Assembly: GCA_037137755.1 (NCBI GenBank)
Contig: JBAXJR010000001.1
Location: forward strand, 96,001-160,000
Direction of reading: 5' to 3'
Length of the DNA: 64,000 nt
Origin: Methanomicrobiales archaeon
GTDB lineage: Archaea > Halobacteriota > Methanomicrobia > Methanomicrobiales > Methanospirillaceae
How positions within the stretch are numbered: position 1 is the first letter of the stretch; every line of letters begins with the position of its first letter. Below are positions 40,077-50,744 of this stretch, one piece after another. The notes under the pieces are model-generated. The model made no database searches, was not told where the DNA came from, and worked only from the letters and a program-made list of their open reading frames with translations. Made by a program: the position numbers and the translations under genes.

Positions 40077-41261
40077 ATGAAGTACAGATTTGCATCCCGC
40101 ATGGAAAAGACTCCCCGTTCATTTATCAGGGAGATCCTTAAAGTTACTGAAGATCCGAATATCATCTCGTTTGGAGGGGGGTTGCCCAATCCTGCGCTGT
40201 TCCCGGTAGAAGCACTTGTCGAGGCTGCACGGGAGGTCCTTGCCGGGGACGGCATGTCAGCACTCCAGTACTCGACTACCGAGGGATACCTGCCACTCCG
40301 TGAATTTATTGCAAAGCGGTATCGTAAGCGGACCGGACTTACCATCTCAGCTGAACATATTCTGATTACGAATGGTTCGCAACAATGCCTGGACCTGGTT
40401 GGGAAGGTGTTGATTGACCCAAACGATCCGGTGGCGATTGAAAGACCTGGCTATCTTGGAGCGATACAAGCGTTCTCACTCTATGAGCCTCAATTCCAAG
40501 AAGTGCCGTTGCTGGAAGATGGTCCTGATATGGAAGTACTATCGCAGGTCCTTGACACCAGTTCACCTAAACTATTCTACGGCGTGCCAAATTTCCAGAA
40601 CCCTACCGGCATATCATACTCCGGGAAAAAGCGGCGCGAAGTTGCCGGTATCCTGATGGAACATGACACCCTCTTTATTGAAGACGATGCATACGGGGAG
40701 CTCAGATTCAGGGGGGAAGATCTCCCCCTTGTCGGCAGTTATCTCCCCGAACAGGGGATTATCACCGGGTCTTTCTCAAAAATCATTGCCCCGGGAATGA
40801 GGATGGGTTGGATTGCTGCACCTCCCGAAGTGTTTACACAGCTAGTGACGGCTAAGCAGGCATCAGACCTTCATTCTAATTACCTGACCCAGCGGATTAT
40901 CTACAAATATCTCATTGATAATGATATCGACCTCCATATACGGCATATCCGCGAGGTATACCACCACCAGCGTGATATCATGGTAAAGGTGATAGAAGAG
41001 ACATTCCCACCTGGTGTCTCGATAACACGACCGGATGGCGGGATGTTTCTCTGGGCCACGCTGCCCCCGGGTTTTTCCACGATGGACCTCTTTCAGATTG
41101 CAATTAAGGAGAACGTTGCGTTTGTCCCGGGAGACCCCTTTTATACCGATGGCACTGGCTCAAACACGATGCGGCTGAATTATTCGAACTCCGACGAGGA
41201 ACGGATTGTCGAAGGGATTACCCGGTTGTCAAAGGCAATCCGGAGGATGATCAACAATTAA
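40077..41261 (+). CDS. PLP-dependent aminotransferase class I/II (LysN/ARO8-like)
   Basis: ISFGGGLP, LQYSTTEG, ITNGSQQ, PNFQNPTG, EDDAY, SFSK..APGMRMGW. Confidence 0.92.
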   Translation: MKYRFASRMEKTPRSFIREILKVTEDPNIISFGGGLPNPALFPVEALVEAAREVLAGDGMSALQYSTTEGYLPLREFIAKRYRKRTGLTISAEHILITNGSQQCLDLVGKVLIDPNDPVAIERPGYLGAIQAFSLYEPQFQEVPLLEDGPDMEVLSQVLDTSSPKLFYGVPNFQNPTGISYSGKKRREVAGILMEHDTLFIEDDAYGELRFRGEDLPLVGSYLPEQGIITGSFSKIIAPGMRMGWIAAPPEVFTQLVTAKQASDLHSNYLTQRIIYKYLIDNDIDLHIRHIREVYHHQRDIMVKVIEETFPPGVSITRPDGGMFLWATLPPGFSTMDLFQIAIKENVAFVPGDPFYTDGTGSNTMRLNYSNSDEERIVEGITRLSKAIRRMINN

Positions 41262-41519
41262 TTCCTTGACGTAAGTTCCCTGGTAAAGAAAAGAAGTCAT
41301 GTAGACCTGTTCGTTCCGGACGATATGGAGCATGGACGATAAGAGACCTCCTGGAACTCCCGTGTATACCCCTCACAGGGAAACCCAGGAATGATAGATC
41401 CCTCATTGTTCAACGGGATAATGGGGGAATTCCCCTTTCAGCAGGGCTTACTACCAGGAATATTTTAATGGATCCGCTCCCTGCAACGAACCAGGATTTT
41501 TCATAACGTAGTTTCATCT

Positions 41520-42761
41520 TCATACCTTATGTACGTTAATTATTGCTTTTGCTGCCTGAAAACCTGTTGAAAACGCGGCCTGCAGGTTATATCCCCCGGT
41601 ATCGCCGTCGAGGTCAATAATTTCACCTGCAAAATAGAGTCCCGGTACCAGTCTCGACTCCATCGTCTTTGGTTCAATTTCCTGCAGGGATACTCCGCCT
41701 CGTGTAACCATTGCTTCCTGGAAGCCTCCAAGTTTCCCGACCTTTACCGGGAATTCAACCAGGTTTGTGATGAGGGTAGTCCGTTGCAATTTTGAAAGAT
41801 GTGCGCAGGTCAGGTCCTCCGGGATACCTGATAGCTGCAGTAGCATCGTTGCGAGACGTTCCGGGATTCTGTACTGTAATACAATCGTTTTTATATTTTT
41901 TACCGGGCATGCAGTAATCTTTTCAGAGAATTCTTTTGCAAGTGCTTCTGCGGGTATGCGGCCGGTAAATGATAACCTGATAGTATCACCAGGAAGTATG
42001 AACCGTGAATAGTCAAGGATCCCTGGACCTGAAAGGCCCTGGTGGGTGAAGAGAATATCCCCCCGGTGACTTCCTATTTTTTTGCCATTCCTCCAGAGCG
42101 AAAAGGACATTGTCTCAAACGAGATGCCGGAAAGGTCCCCAAACGGATACTTTTCAGCGATCACCGGGGCCAGTGCCGGGGCAATTTCTACAATGGTGTG
42201 GCCGAGCGACGAGGCAAAATGGTACCCATCACCCGTTGAACCGGTACCTGGATAAGACGAACCACCCGTGGCAATAACAAGTAACCTCCCACGGAAGGTC
42301 TTATTCAGAGTACGGATAACAAACAGGTTATTATTATGGCTGACTTCCTGGACTGGTTCATTCAACAGAATGGTCACCCCGTTAGTAACACATGCCTTTT
42401 CCAGAATGTTGAGCACGTCTGTTGATTTCAGTGTTGCAGGGAATACCTTGCCTGCTTTTGTAGTCACCATCTCAAGTCCCCGCTCCAGAAAATAAGATAC
42501 AAGAGAGGTATTCGGAAAATTCATCAGCGCCGGTTTCAGGAATGACCCCTTGACCCCATAATGTGTCAGAAAATCCCTGGCTGGACCTTCATGGGTAATA
42601 TTGCACTGGCCTGAACCGGCAAGCAATAATTTATTCCCGGGCCCTGATTTTTTTTCCAGGACCAGGACTTTTTTCCCTGTTGCTCCGATATTTGCTGCAC
42701 AAAATAATCCTGCAGGTCCGGCACCGATAATTATGATATCCGCTGTTGTACTCGTATTCAT
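41520..42761 (-). CDS. HI0933/BaiN/YhiN-family flavoprotein
   Basis: IIGAGPAG, G.KLLLAGSGQCNIT, ATGG.SYP.TGSTGDG, FTHQGLSGP, VTRGGV, DGDTGGYNLQAAFSTG. Confidence 0.92.
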   Translation of the reverse strand: MNTSTTADIIIIGAGPAGLFCAANIGATGKKVLVLEKKSGPGNKLLLAGSGQCNITHEGPARDFLTHYGVKGSFLKPALMNFPNTSLVSYFLERGLEMVTTKAGKVFPATLKSTDVLNILEKACVTNGVTILLNEPVQEVSHNNNLFVIRTLNKTFRGRLLVIATGGSSYPGTGSTGDGYHFASSLGHTIVEIAPALAPVIAEKYPFGDLSGISFETMSFSLWRNGKKIGSHRGDILFTHQGLSGPGILDYSRFILPGDTIRLSFTGRIPAEALAKEFSEKITACPVKNIKTIVLQYRIPERLATMLLQLSGIPEDLTCAHLSKLQRTTLITNLVEFPVKVGKLGGFQEAMVTRGGVSLQEIEPKTMESRLVPGLYFAGEIIDLDGDTGGYNLQAAFSTGFQAAKAIINVHKV

Positions 42762-43783
42762 CCTATCCTGTACCGTAGAAGTGCAGCGACGCCGCCGAGT
42801 GCTTCCAGTTGTTTTCCCGGTTCAAACCCTGAAGAAAAAACAACAACGGCGGCATCTGCCCGCTCAGCCTGTTCCATCAGCCCTACCACATCCGGGTCAC
42901 GGATTAGCGTATCAACGACGAGTATCTCCTCGATCGCACCACATTCACCTGCGTTTTTCACCTCGGTCCTTCCATAAGCGACCGGCCCCCCCTTTGAAAT
43001 CCGTTTCAGGAATTCCCCCATCAGGTTCACCTCGCGGGCGAGCTGAAGGTCTCCTGCGAGTTTTTCAAGGGTGCCAAGACCTATGACCTCCTGTACGGCC
43101 CCTGCACCGGTCCTCCTGGTCTCCACAACGACCATCTTTGCAGCCTTGTCGCTCTCCCGTGCCCGGAAAAATTTCATAAAGTCTTCCTTGATGAACCCGG
43201 GCCCTGCAACAACAAGCGGACCATTGACTGGAGACAGCTGGCCAAGGACCTTTTCGAAGAAAGATGTCCTGCTATTGACTTCCATGCCTTTCCCACTTCC
43301 CATGGTGATCGTGATCACCAGCTCGGGCCCGAAATGTCGTATCCGGAAGAGTTCCGCCTCCCCTTCTTCAATGGTGAGGATATGGATCACATCATATACC
43401 GATGCCTTCACTGCCCGGTCAATTCGTTCAAGATCACTCTTTCTCCACTGCCGGATGACAGAAATTTCGTACCCTGTTTCGATATTGAGGGTATGATATG
43501 AGCCGGCTTCCATCCCATGCTCGATCAACCCGGTCACCCGGAGGCGGTTGGCGTAGTGGTGGAACTCAACCTTCTCAACCCGTATCCCAAGCCTGACGGG
43601 TCGTTTCTCCGCTTTCTCCGGACGGATCTTATCTGTGGACGTGTCTGCTGTCCGGAGCGTTGTCGCAAACACAAGGTCACCGGGGGCTATCAGGTGGCTC
43701 AGGTGCCATATGTCATCGATATTTTCAGGGAACAGCCTGATTTCGCCATATAATTTCTGTAATTCACCAAATTCAGCCTTCAT
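42758..43783 (-). CDS. pelA: Pelota (aPelota/Dom34) ribosome rescue factor
   Basis: PENIDDIWHL, RLRVTG.I, GSYHTL, AGPGF.KEDF, VAYG, GKQLEALGGVAALLRY. Confidence 0.96.
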   Translation of the reverse strand: MKAEFGELQKLYGEIRLFPENIDDIWHLSHLIAPGDLVFATTLRTADTSTDKIRPEKAEKRPVRLGIRVEKVEFHHYANRLRVTGLIEHGMEAGSYHTLNIETGYEISVIRQWRKSDLERIDRAVKASVYDVIHILTIEEGEAELFRIRHFGPELVITITMGSGKGMEVNSRTSFFEKVLGQLSPVNGPLVVAGPGFIKEDFMKFFRARESDKAAKMVVVETRRTGAGAVQEVIGLGTLEKLAGDLQLAREVNLMGEFLKRISKGGPVAYGRTEVKNAGECGAIEEILVVDTLIRDPDVVGLMEQAERADAAVVVFSSGFEPGKQLEALGGVAALLRYRIG

Positions 43784-43814
43784 AACCGGTCCGGTACCTG
43801 CCTGTCATGCAGTG

Positions 43815-45707
43815 CTACACCATCTCAACGATATCAGAACCCCCGGGTGGGACAAACGCAGCAACTGCCTCGGTATTAAGGGCAGACTTATATGCCTTCC
43901 ATTCACCATCCGGAACCTTTTCACGGAGGATCCTGAGCACTTTTTTTGCGGTATCGTTTGGCTCATACGTGCCAGGTTTCAGTTCGACGAGGTATTTTGC
44001 CCTTGCCTTCACGGTTTCAACTGGTCCACCGATAACTGCGACTTCAGGTTCACTCTGAAAGCCGATTGCCGTGCCGAGGGGAACACTTTTTTCATAATGG
44101 CGTTCACCGCGGACGATGAAGGAACCCCGTGTAACAAATTCCCCGGCTTCCGGAGTTTTACTCACCTGGTCAGGCCGTACCGAGTATACATCGGCACTAA
44201 AATGACCGCTCCGCCATGCCCCCGAGAACGAGGCTGCAAATTGTGCAACTTCATCCATGCGTTCTGTTTTTCCCTTGACGATGACGATACTTGCCCCATG
44301 CACATCGGCATGGACAAACGTATCTCCCCCCTCCATGTACTTTTTTACGAGTTCTTCATTCTGGCCGGCATCCCGCCCTCCAAGGACAAGGATTCCATCG
44401 GTGGTATAGAACCAGCGGAACCGGTGGAACCATTTCTTTTTGAGCACCGGGGTATGGTGCTTCGATACGGCCATTTTTGGTAGCGGGCGGTCCATTGCAG
44501 CCTTTGCTCCGGCGATTTTCTTTTTAAACTTTTTAACCTGCGCAAAGTACCGGCCCAGGTTGACCTCGATATTTTCGTGGACAAAAATGGTTACCGTCTC
44601 ACCAAAGGCTAAGTCAACTGATGCCTCATCCGGGTGAACGGCCACAATTTTTTCACCGGGCCCGGCCTTATTATTTTTCAGGATCTGCTCTATCTCCTGC
44701 CATGAATATTTTTTACTCGCTTCATCAAGGGAACTGATGACTTCGGTGACAAGTGAATAGTTTTCATATATCCCTGCAACGATTCTTTCGAGTCGCGCAA
44801 CCTTATTCTGGAATTTCTTTACTGATTCGACCTGCTGTTTCCTTATGACTTCTTCCTTCGTCAGGCGTTTCTTCTCTTTCTTCTCTCCTTTTGAGAGTCG
44901 CACTTCCGGGGAATAAAATGCATCAAGGGCCTCGTTAAACGTTGTAAACCGTTTCATTTCGCCGCTTTCGGATGTAATGAACGGGGTGCAGGTATTTCCT
45001 GCATGTATCGGTTCGCGGGCTGATTCTGCCCTTTGCAGGAGATTGTGCACGGCATTCCTGATACCAACCGGGTCAACCTGGCCCGCAGGTGCATGCTTAT
45101 CTACGCCTGTTTCCCTGCAGATATATTCCGCGTATGATCCACCGAGGAGGCATCCCACGGCCAGTGCCTTGACAATATCACGTTCATCTTCCCGGAGGAA
45201 CATGGCGAAACCGGGGTCATCTGATAGTGTCGGGTCAACGGGTAACAGGTAGGGCACACCTGGAATGACATCCCGGTCTTTGAACCGGTGGTGCCACAGC
45301 GGTTTGATAATGGTAAAGTTTTCATCGCAAAATACCACGTTTCCAGCGTCAAACAGTTCCACGACGATATGAAAGGTCGTATCTGCCTTCCCGATATCAA
45401 AGATGATAATACGTGAAAGCCCCTGCTGATGAATGTCAAGTATTTTACCGCCGGTCAGGTGTTTTCTGAGCAGCATGGGGAATTGTGGCGGTATTTTTGG
45501 TGTATCAGGGAATGAATTAACCAGGTGAAGACGTTTACCCGGCTCGATGATGAGCTGGTATTTCTTATGCTCCTCTCCATTCAGACGGATCCCAAGCGTC
45601 TTCCCGTCAAACTGGTAGACCTTATTGATCCAGAGCGGAAGAAGACTTTTGAGCTCCGTTGCTACTGCCCTTACATCAATGCCGCTCATTCCTGCGCTTG
45701 TTGCCAT
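43815..45707 (-). CDS. rqcH: Archaeal Rqc2/NEMF homologue (NFACT domain)
   Basis: MSGIDV, F.MLLRKHL, VELF..GN, coiled coil, KWFHRFRWF.T.DG.LV.GGRDAGQNE, HADVHGA, VSKTPEAGEFV.RGSF. Confidence 0.92.
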   Translation of the reverse strand: MATSAGMSGIDVRAVATELKSLLPLWINKVYQFDGKTLGIRLNGEEHKKYQLIIEPGKRLHLVNSFPDTPKIPPQFPMLLRKHLTGGKILDIHQQGLSRIIIFDIGKADTTFHIVVELFDAGNVVFCDENFTIIKPLWHHRFKDRDVIPGVPYLLPVDPTLSDDPGFAMFLREDERDIVKALAVGCLLGGSYAEYICRETGVDKHAPAGQVDPVGIRNAVHNLLQRAESAREPIHAGNTCTPFITSESGEMKRFTTFNEALDAFYSPEVRLSKGEKKEKKRLTKEEVIRKQQVESVKKFQNKVARLERIVAGIYENYSLVTEVISSLDEASKKYSWQEIEQILKNNKAGPGEKIVAVHPDEASVDLAFGETVTIFVHENIEVNLGRYFAQVKKFKKKIAGAKAAMDRPLPKMAVSKHHTPVLKKKWFHRFRWFYTTDGILVLGGRDAGQNEELVKKYMEGGDTFVHADVHGASIVIVKGKTERMDEVAQFAASFSGAWRSGHFSADVYSVRPDQVSKTPEAGEFVTRGSFIVRGERHYEKSVPLGTAIGFQSEPEVAVIGGPVETVKARAKYLVELKPGTYEPNDTAKKVLRILREKVPDGEWKAYKSALNTEAVAAFVPPGGSDIVEMV

Positions 45708-46144
45708 ATCATTACCTGTATACTATCTGTTTTTTATTCGCGTGCGAATCGTTGCCCGGAAGGGCAATGCCGTGCCAGTGAAAGGTCTGCACGTCCTGAA
45801 CTGTATTGTCTTTACGTCTGACCTGTTTCTTGTATCCAGGTTTTATATATATCTCATCGGTAACGATGATTATAATTGCCTGAACATGAGCATTTTTCCT
45901 GGATATTGCGCACACCCGATTCGGTGTCCCGAAGTTCTTATCCAGCTGAAGAATGTACCGGTAGATTACTATTATAACTACTCCTGTTCAATAATAATGA
46001 GAATTCAGCAGTAGAACGACCACGTTTACTGTGATAATTATGCTGGAGAATTCCGAAAACCGGTTGGTACCATAGGGACTGGTGGTACCGTGACGGCTTT
46101 CAGTGTTCTTCACTCAATAATAACAAAATCCGATTGGTGCCGTA

Positions 46145-46507
46145 ATGACAGACGAAACTGCGATAGAAGTGCCGGAAATCCCGAAGAAAAAGCTCACTGC
46201 CGAAGAAAAGCAGGTGCAGCATATCAGCCGCATTAAAAAGACCGCTATCGCCTGTTTTTTAGGGATGATTACCGGGGTTATCTCCTTCGTAATTGTTCCC
46301 GCAACCAGCATCACCGGGTTTAATAATTACACCATGCTGGCCCTGTTCCTTATGCTTGCCGGTGTCGTTGTACAGCGCCATATTTTCATGCTCATGAAAC
46401 TCGATACCCCGAAAATGGGTAATAAAGACTGGTTATACCAGGGTTTTATGACGTTCGCCTTCTGGTTCATCTCCTGGAGTATCCTGTTATCCACGGTGCA
46501 AGGATGA
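46145..46507 (+). CDS. EMC6-like archaeal membrane protein
   Basis: Three TM segments with KDWLYQGFMTFAFWFISWSILL, directly upstream of ABCE1. Family call is from memory. Confidence 0.7.
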   Translation: MTDETAIEVPEIPKKKLTAEEKQVQHISRIKKTAIACFLGMITGVISFVIVPATSITGFNNYTMLALFLMLAGVVVQRHIFMLMKLDTPKMGNKDWLYQGFMTFAFWFISWSILLSTVQG

Positions 46508-46515
46508 GCTAGGCC

Positions 46516-48288
46516 ATGCGGATTGCCGTAGTCCATCTTGACCGGTGCCACTCGCGAAAATGTGGGACCGAGTGTATCAGTTACTGCCCCCGGGTGAGGA
46601 CCGGTGATGAGACGGTCACCATTGGTGAGGACGGAAAAGCAGTTATTTCTGAAGAGCTCTGCGTTGGTTGCGGTATCTGCATTAAAAAGTGCCCGTTTGA
46701 CGCGATTGATATTGTGAGCCTGCCTGAAGAGCTTGAGCACCCCACGCACCGGTACGGGGCCAATGGATTTTCACTGTACGGGCTCCCCCTCCCCGTCGAA
46801 GGGAAAGTGACAGGGATCCTCGGGGCAAACGGGATAGGGAAAAGCACGGCCATTAAGGTTCTTTCAGGTCAGCTACGCCCGAACCTTGGAGAAACCGAAC
46901 GTGAATCATTCTGGGAAGAAGTCTTAAAAAAGTATGCCGGGACTGAATTCTTTGAATACCTGCAGAAGGTCTCGAAAGGCGCACTCAAGGTAGCGGTGAA
47001 GCCGCAATACATAGACTATATCCCAAAAGTGTTCAAAGGGACGGTCGGGGACCTCCTCCGGAAAACTGATGAACGGGGGATGCTAGACGAGTATATCGAT
47101 TCCCTCTCGCTCCGGGCAATCCTGGACCATGACATATCGACCCTGTCAGGCGGGGAACTCCAGCGGGTCGCTGCGGCTGCATGTCTCTCCCGTGAGGCGG
47201 AATTCTACTTCCTTGATGAAATAACGCCTTTCCTGGATATTCACCAACGGATGGCCGTCGCAAAACTGATCAGGGACCTTGCAACGATCCGCCCGATCAT
47301 GATCGTCGAACATGACCTCGCGATCCTTGATATGCTGGCCGACACGGTCCATATTGCCTATGGTAAACCTGCAGTCTTTGGAATTATCACCCAGCCCAAG
47401 GGTGTCAGGGTAGGTATTAACCAGTACCTGGCCGGGTACCTGAATGAAGAGAATGTCCGTTTCCGGGATACACAGGTCGTCTTTGAGAAGAGGGCCCATA
47501 CCAAGGAATCAGACCGTGAAACACTCCTCCAGATACCGGTGATGAGCAAGACATACGAGGCGTTCTCGCTGCATGTATCAGAAGGTGAGATCAAGGCTGG
47601 GGAAGTCCTTGGGGTAGTCGGTGCTAACGGGATAGGGAAAAGTACCCTTGCCAAGCTGCTTGCCGGTGTTGAAACACCAGACAGCGGCCAGATGGATTCG
47701 AAGCTCAGGGTCTCATATAAGCCGCAATATATCAAGGCAGACGTATCGGATACGGTTGAGTTTTATCTCCGGGGCATCACGAAAAAGTTTGACTCCGGAG
47801 TCTACCAGCACGAGATCCTTGAACCACTTTCCATCGGGCCAATACTCCAGTCTCCCGTGGATACCCTTTCCGGTGGCGAACTCCAGCGGGTAGCGATTGC
47901 AGCCTGCCTTTCGAGGGATGCAGACCTTTACATTCTTGACGAGCCAAGTGCCCACCTTGATGTTGAGCAGCGCGTGAAAATTACCCGGATGTTCAAGCGG
48001 CATGTGGATGGTAAACAAGCTGCAATTCTTGTCATCGACCATGATATCTACCTGATAGACATGATCAGCGAACGAATCCTCGTGTTTGAAGGTAAACCGG
48101 GTATATCAGGTGAAGCGTTCGGCCCCTTTGATATGCGTGCCGGGATGAACCGGTTCCTCGCTGAACTCGGGGTCACGTTCAGGCGAGACCAGAGCGGGCG
48201 GCCGAGGATCAACAAACCTGAATCATTCCTTGACCGCGAGCAGCGGGCAAATGGCGAATATTATTATTACACCGACGATGCAGTGTAG
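46516..48288 (+). CDS. rli: ABCE1/RLI ribosome recycling ATPase
   Basis: Two [4Fe-4S] motifs (CHSRKC...C...CP; CVGCGICIKKCP), two NBDs (GANGIGKS, LSGGELQRVA), TFRRD..GRPRINK..S.LDREQ. Confidence 0.97.
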   Translation: MRIAVVHLDRCHSRKCGTECISYCPRVRTGDETVTIGEDGKAVISEELCVGCGICIKKCPFDAIDIVSLPEELEHPTHRYGANGFSLYGLPLPVEGKVTGILGANGIGKSTAIKVLSGQLRPNLGETERESFWEEVLKKYAGTEFFEYLQKVSKGALKVAVKPQYIDYIPKVFKGTVGDLLRKTDERGMLDEYIDSLSLRAILDHDISTLSGGELQRVAAAACLSREAEFYFLDEITPFLDIHQRMAVAKLIRDLATIRPIMIVEHDLAILDMLADTVHIAYGKPAVFGIITQPKGVRVGINQYLAGYLNEENVRFRDTQVVFEKRAHTKESDRETLLQIPVMSKTYEAFSLHVSEGEIKAGEVLGVVGANGIGKSTLAKLLAGVETPDSGQMDSKLRVSYKPQYIKADVSDTVEFYLRGITKKFDSGVYQHEILEPLSIGPILQSPVDTLSGGELQRVAIAACLSRDADLYILDEPSAHLDVEQRVKITRMFKRHVDGKQAAILVIDHDIYLIDMISERILVFEGKPGISGEAFGPFDMRAGMNRFLAELGVTFRRDQSGRPRINKPESFLDREQRANGEYYYYTDDAV

Positions 48289-49172
48289 TATACTATGAAT
48301 AAGACCATGCCAGGCAGTAACAATAAGCCCTAAAAAGAGTTCTTTTATTCACCTAATGTTACCTTTAGACCTATGGGAAATATTACAGCGCCAAAATGTA
48401 CTAACCCCCTTTGCACGGAAAAAAATGAACCGCGGCCTATGTCAGGGTAGAGGGAACGTTCACTGCGGACCACGGGGGATGTCCCAGGTGCAGTAGTGTA
48501 ACCGGGAGGACGATACGAAAGAAGGCAGAATACCCCCTTTTATGGTGCAATTCCAGAACAAACCGATTCTTACAGGTATAAACACCCGGTAACCAGATCC
48601 ATCAGGCGCCATTAACCTCACAAATCTCTTGTATAATCGTTTGTTTTGTTAATCGGTCGGTTCTTATATCCTCTTTTGGTTTCTTGAATTTCCACCGTTT
48701 TTAGGAACCGCGTTGCCCTGACTAACGGTCTGCGTGTTACTAGCAATATGCGACCAGGTTTAAACTGGCAACGTCAATATTATCAATCCCCGGGACCGCC
48801 ACCAAGATCTGTTGTTTGATTTTCCAGATAGTACGATTTTAACTCCGCGTCTGGCAGTTCTCAATATATTCTTACTTCGATTGTTATTACATAGTAGATG
48901 GGAGAAACTGGGTTGATAAACTTCTAGCGGGGAAGAAATATCACATTGTTGCCCGATACACGGATGAGGGATATGGTATTTGTTAAAATGTTTGTCGTTG
49001 GAATACCTGAATATCTGGTATTCTCCTCTTTAAAGGGTTTAAAGAGATTTTTATCCTGAAAACAGATAGAACGTCTGGAACTATCTACTGAAGAGTTAAA
49101 AACATACAACCAATTGGCAACCAGATTAAAACCCACCTAGGTTTTATAATATCCATTGATTATGTCTAGAAT

Positions 49173-49649
49173 ATGAAGATTTTCACGACTTGCTTTATTA
49201 TAATCATCCTTGCTTTGCTTGCATGCGGATGTACAACTAAAGTCCCTGAATCAACCCAGACGACGACCGTACAAACTAGTACTGATACTACTGCGATCCC
49301 AAATCTAACCGGTACTTGGATTGTTAAGGCCGAAGGAGGAAGCATGCTTAAATCTGATACCCCCGGGCAATATTCTCACTATGTGACCGGTTATAACAAT
49401 CTTACGGCCACATGGATTATTACTAACCAGACCGGAAGGGTAGTTCAGGGTAATTTCATTTCATCAACAGGAAATAACGAAAGGTGTGTAGGGGTTATCA
49501 GCATGGACAATAAAAATCTGTATATTGCTGATATGGATGGGTTCCTTGATCTCCATATCATCAATGATGACCTGATGACGTTGGTCTATCGTCACGTTAC
49601 TCCAAATGATTCCGTTGCATCGGTTGGGACCTGGACTCGGGTGAAATGA
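49173..49649 (+). CDS. Predicted lipoprotein (beta-rich)
   Basis: Signal peptide ending LLACGC, Thr-rich linker, IPNLTGTW-start domain. Confidence 0.75.
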   Translation: MKIFTTCFIIIILALLACGCTTKVPESTQTTTVQTSTDTTAIPNLTGTWIVKAEGGSMLKSDTPGQYSHYVTGYNNLTATWIITNQTGRVVQGNFISSTGNNERCVGVISMDNKNLYIADMDGFLDLHIINDDLMTLVYRHVTPNDSVASVGTWTRVK

Positions 49650-49889
49650 GATTTTATCCATTTTAACACCGCAGCCAAAGAAAATATTTACGTCTCACGA
49701 TGGTAGTCATACGTCGATAAAAGAATTCCAGGATACAGGTGGATATTTGCTGATAATGGGTTCAATTAATCGTTATTTTTTGCAATAGTCAGGTCTACCG
49801 TACCACTATCATTATTATCGGTTGAGAACACCGCGACAAAGCAGTTCAAAAAAGGACAGGAGAGATCCCTGTCAATATGCGGAGATTTC

Positions 49890-50648
49890 TTATCGTCGTT
49901 TCCTTAAATCTGCCCTTCCAGCTATACAAAGGAATGCAATGACAGACGCGACAACGAACACACTAGATAACGGTCCCGTACCCGCCTTTTTCGTGGCAGG
50001 TACTGTTGTAACAGCCGCGGAGGGTGTAGTTTCAGTCGTAGCTATAACTGTTATCGCCGGAGTGGCTGGTAGAGTATCGATTGTCGAGTAGATAGAAGAC
50101 CTGGACTGAGTTGTTGGTATTGCAGTAACTGATGTGCCCTGGATAGAACTTCCTGATGTCGTACCGGTAGATGTTCCGGTAGAGGTTGATACTGATCCAC
50201 CACTTACATACCCCCCTCCGCCTCCTGACAAGCCTCCGGAGGATGGATTCGTTGCAGTGACCGTTGTATCAGTTCCAAAAGCCTTGCTGTTTGCTATCAA
50301 ATCAAGTTTTTCCGAGGTACCGGCCTTGAACGGTACGATCTGGAACGCCTGGACTCCGCCGACGACGAATGTGACGTTGACATGCCCGGCATTAACTTCC
50401 TCTTCTGTTGAGGATGCTATTAGTCTTGGATCAAAATTGTCGGGACCGCCATACAAACCGTCGACACTTGTAGTCAGGTTTCCTCTGGGTTCTCCGTTTA
50501 TCGTTACAATGATTAGTGTGCCTGCGGGTGCCTGATTGCCATTCAGGTACACAGACCCATAAAATTCCTCAGGCAATACAGGTGCCGCTGCAACGGTTCC
50601 GATCAGAATAATTGCAGATATCATGAGAATACATAAGATCCTTCGCAT
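49890..50648 (-). CDS. Membrane-anchored surface protein: one 'FYG' domain, Gly/Ser/Thr linker, C-terminal TM + basic tail
   Basis: Signal peptide, PVLPEEFYGSVYLNG..APAGT, C-terminal TKKAG-hydrophobic-LRKRR. Confidence 0.85.
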   Translation of the reverse strand: MRRILCILMISAIILIGTVAAAPVLPEEFYGSVYLNGNQAPAGTLIIVTINGEPRGNLTTSVDGLYGGPDNFDPRLIASSTEEEVNAGHVNVTFVVGGVQAFQIVPFKAGTSEKLDLIANSKAFGTDTTVTATNPSSGGLSGGGGGYVSGGSVSTSTGTSTGTTSGSSIQGTSVTAIPTTQSRSSIYSTIDTLPATPAITVIATTETTPSAAVTTVPATKKAGTGPLSSVFVVASVIAFLCIAGRADLRKRR

Positions 50649-50744
50649 ATTACATCACATCAAACATTTTCGGGCAGGATAAACCCCGAATATACCATTC
50701 ATAGAATTTCCTTCTGGAAATATAAAAAAGAATCGAAAATTTGG

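Noticed and set aside
43635-44483. 282-aa plus-strand ORF
   Set aside because: Antisense to rqcH/pelA.
45863-45949. CGATGA...CTGA pattern suggesting a C/D sRNA
   Set aside because: Box C is imperfect, there is no properly spaced C'/D pair, and no target was recognised.
48289-49172. Long intergenic region after ABCE1
   Set aside because: No recognisable RNA gene, repeat array or credible ORF found by eye.
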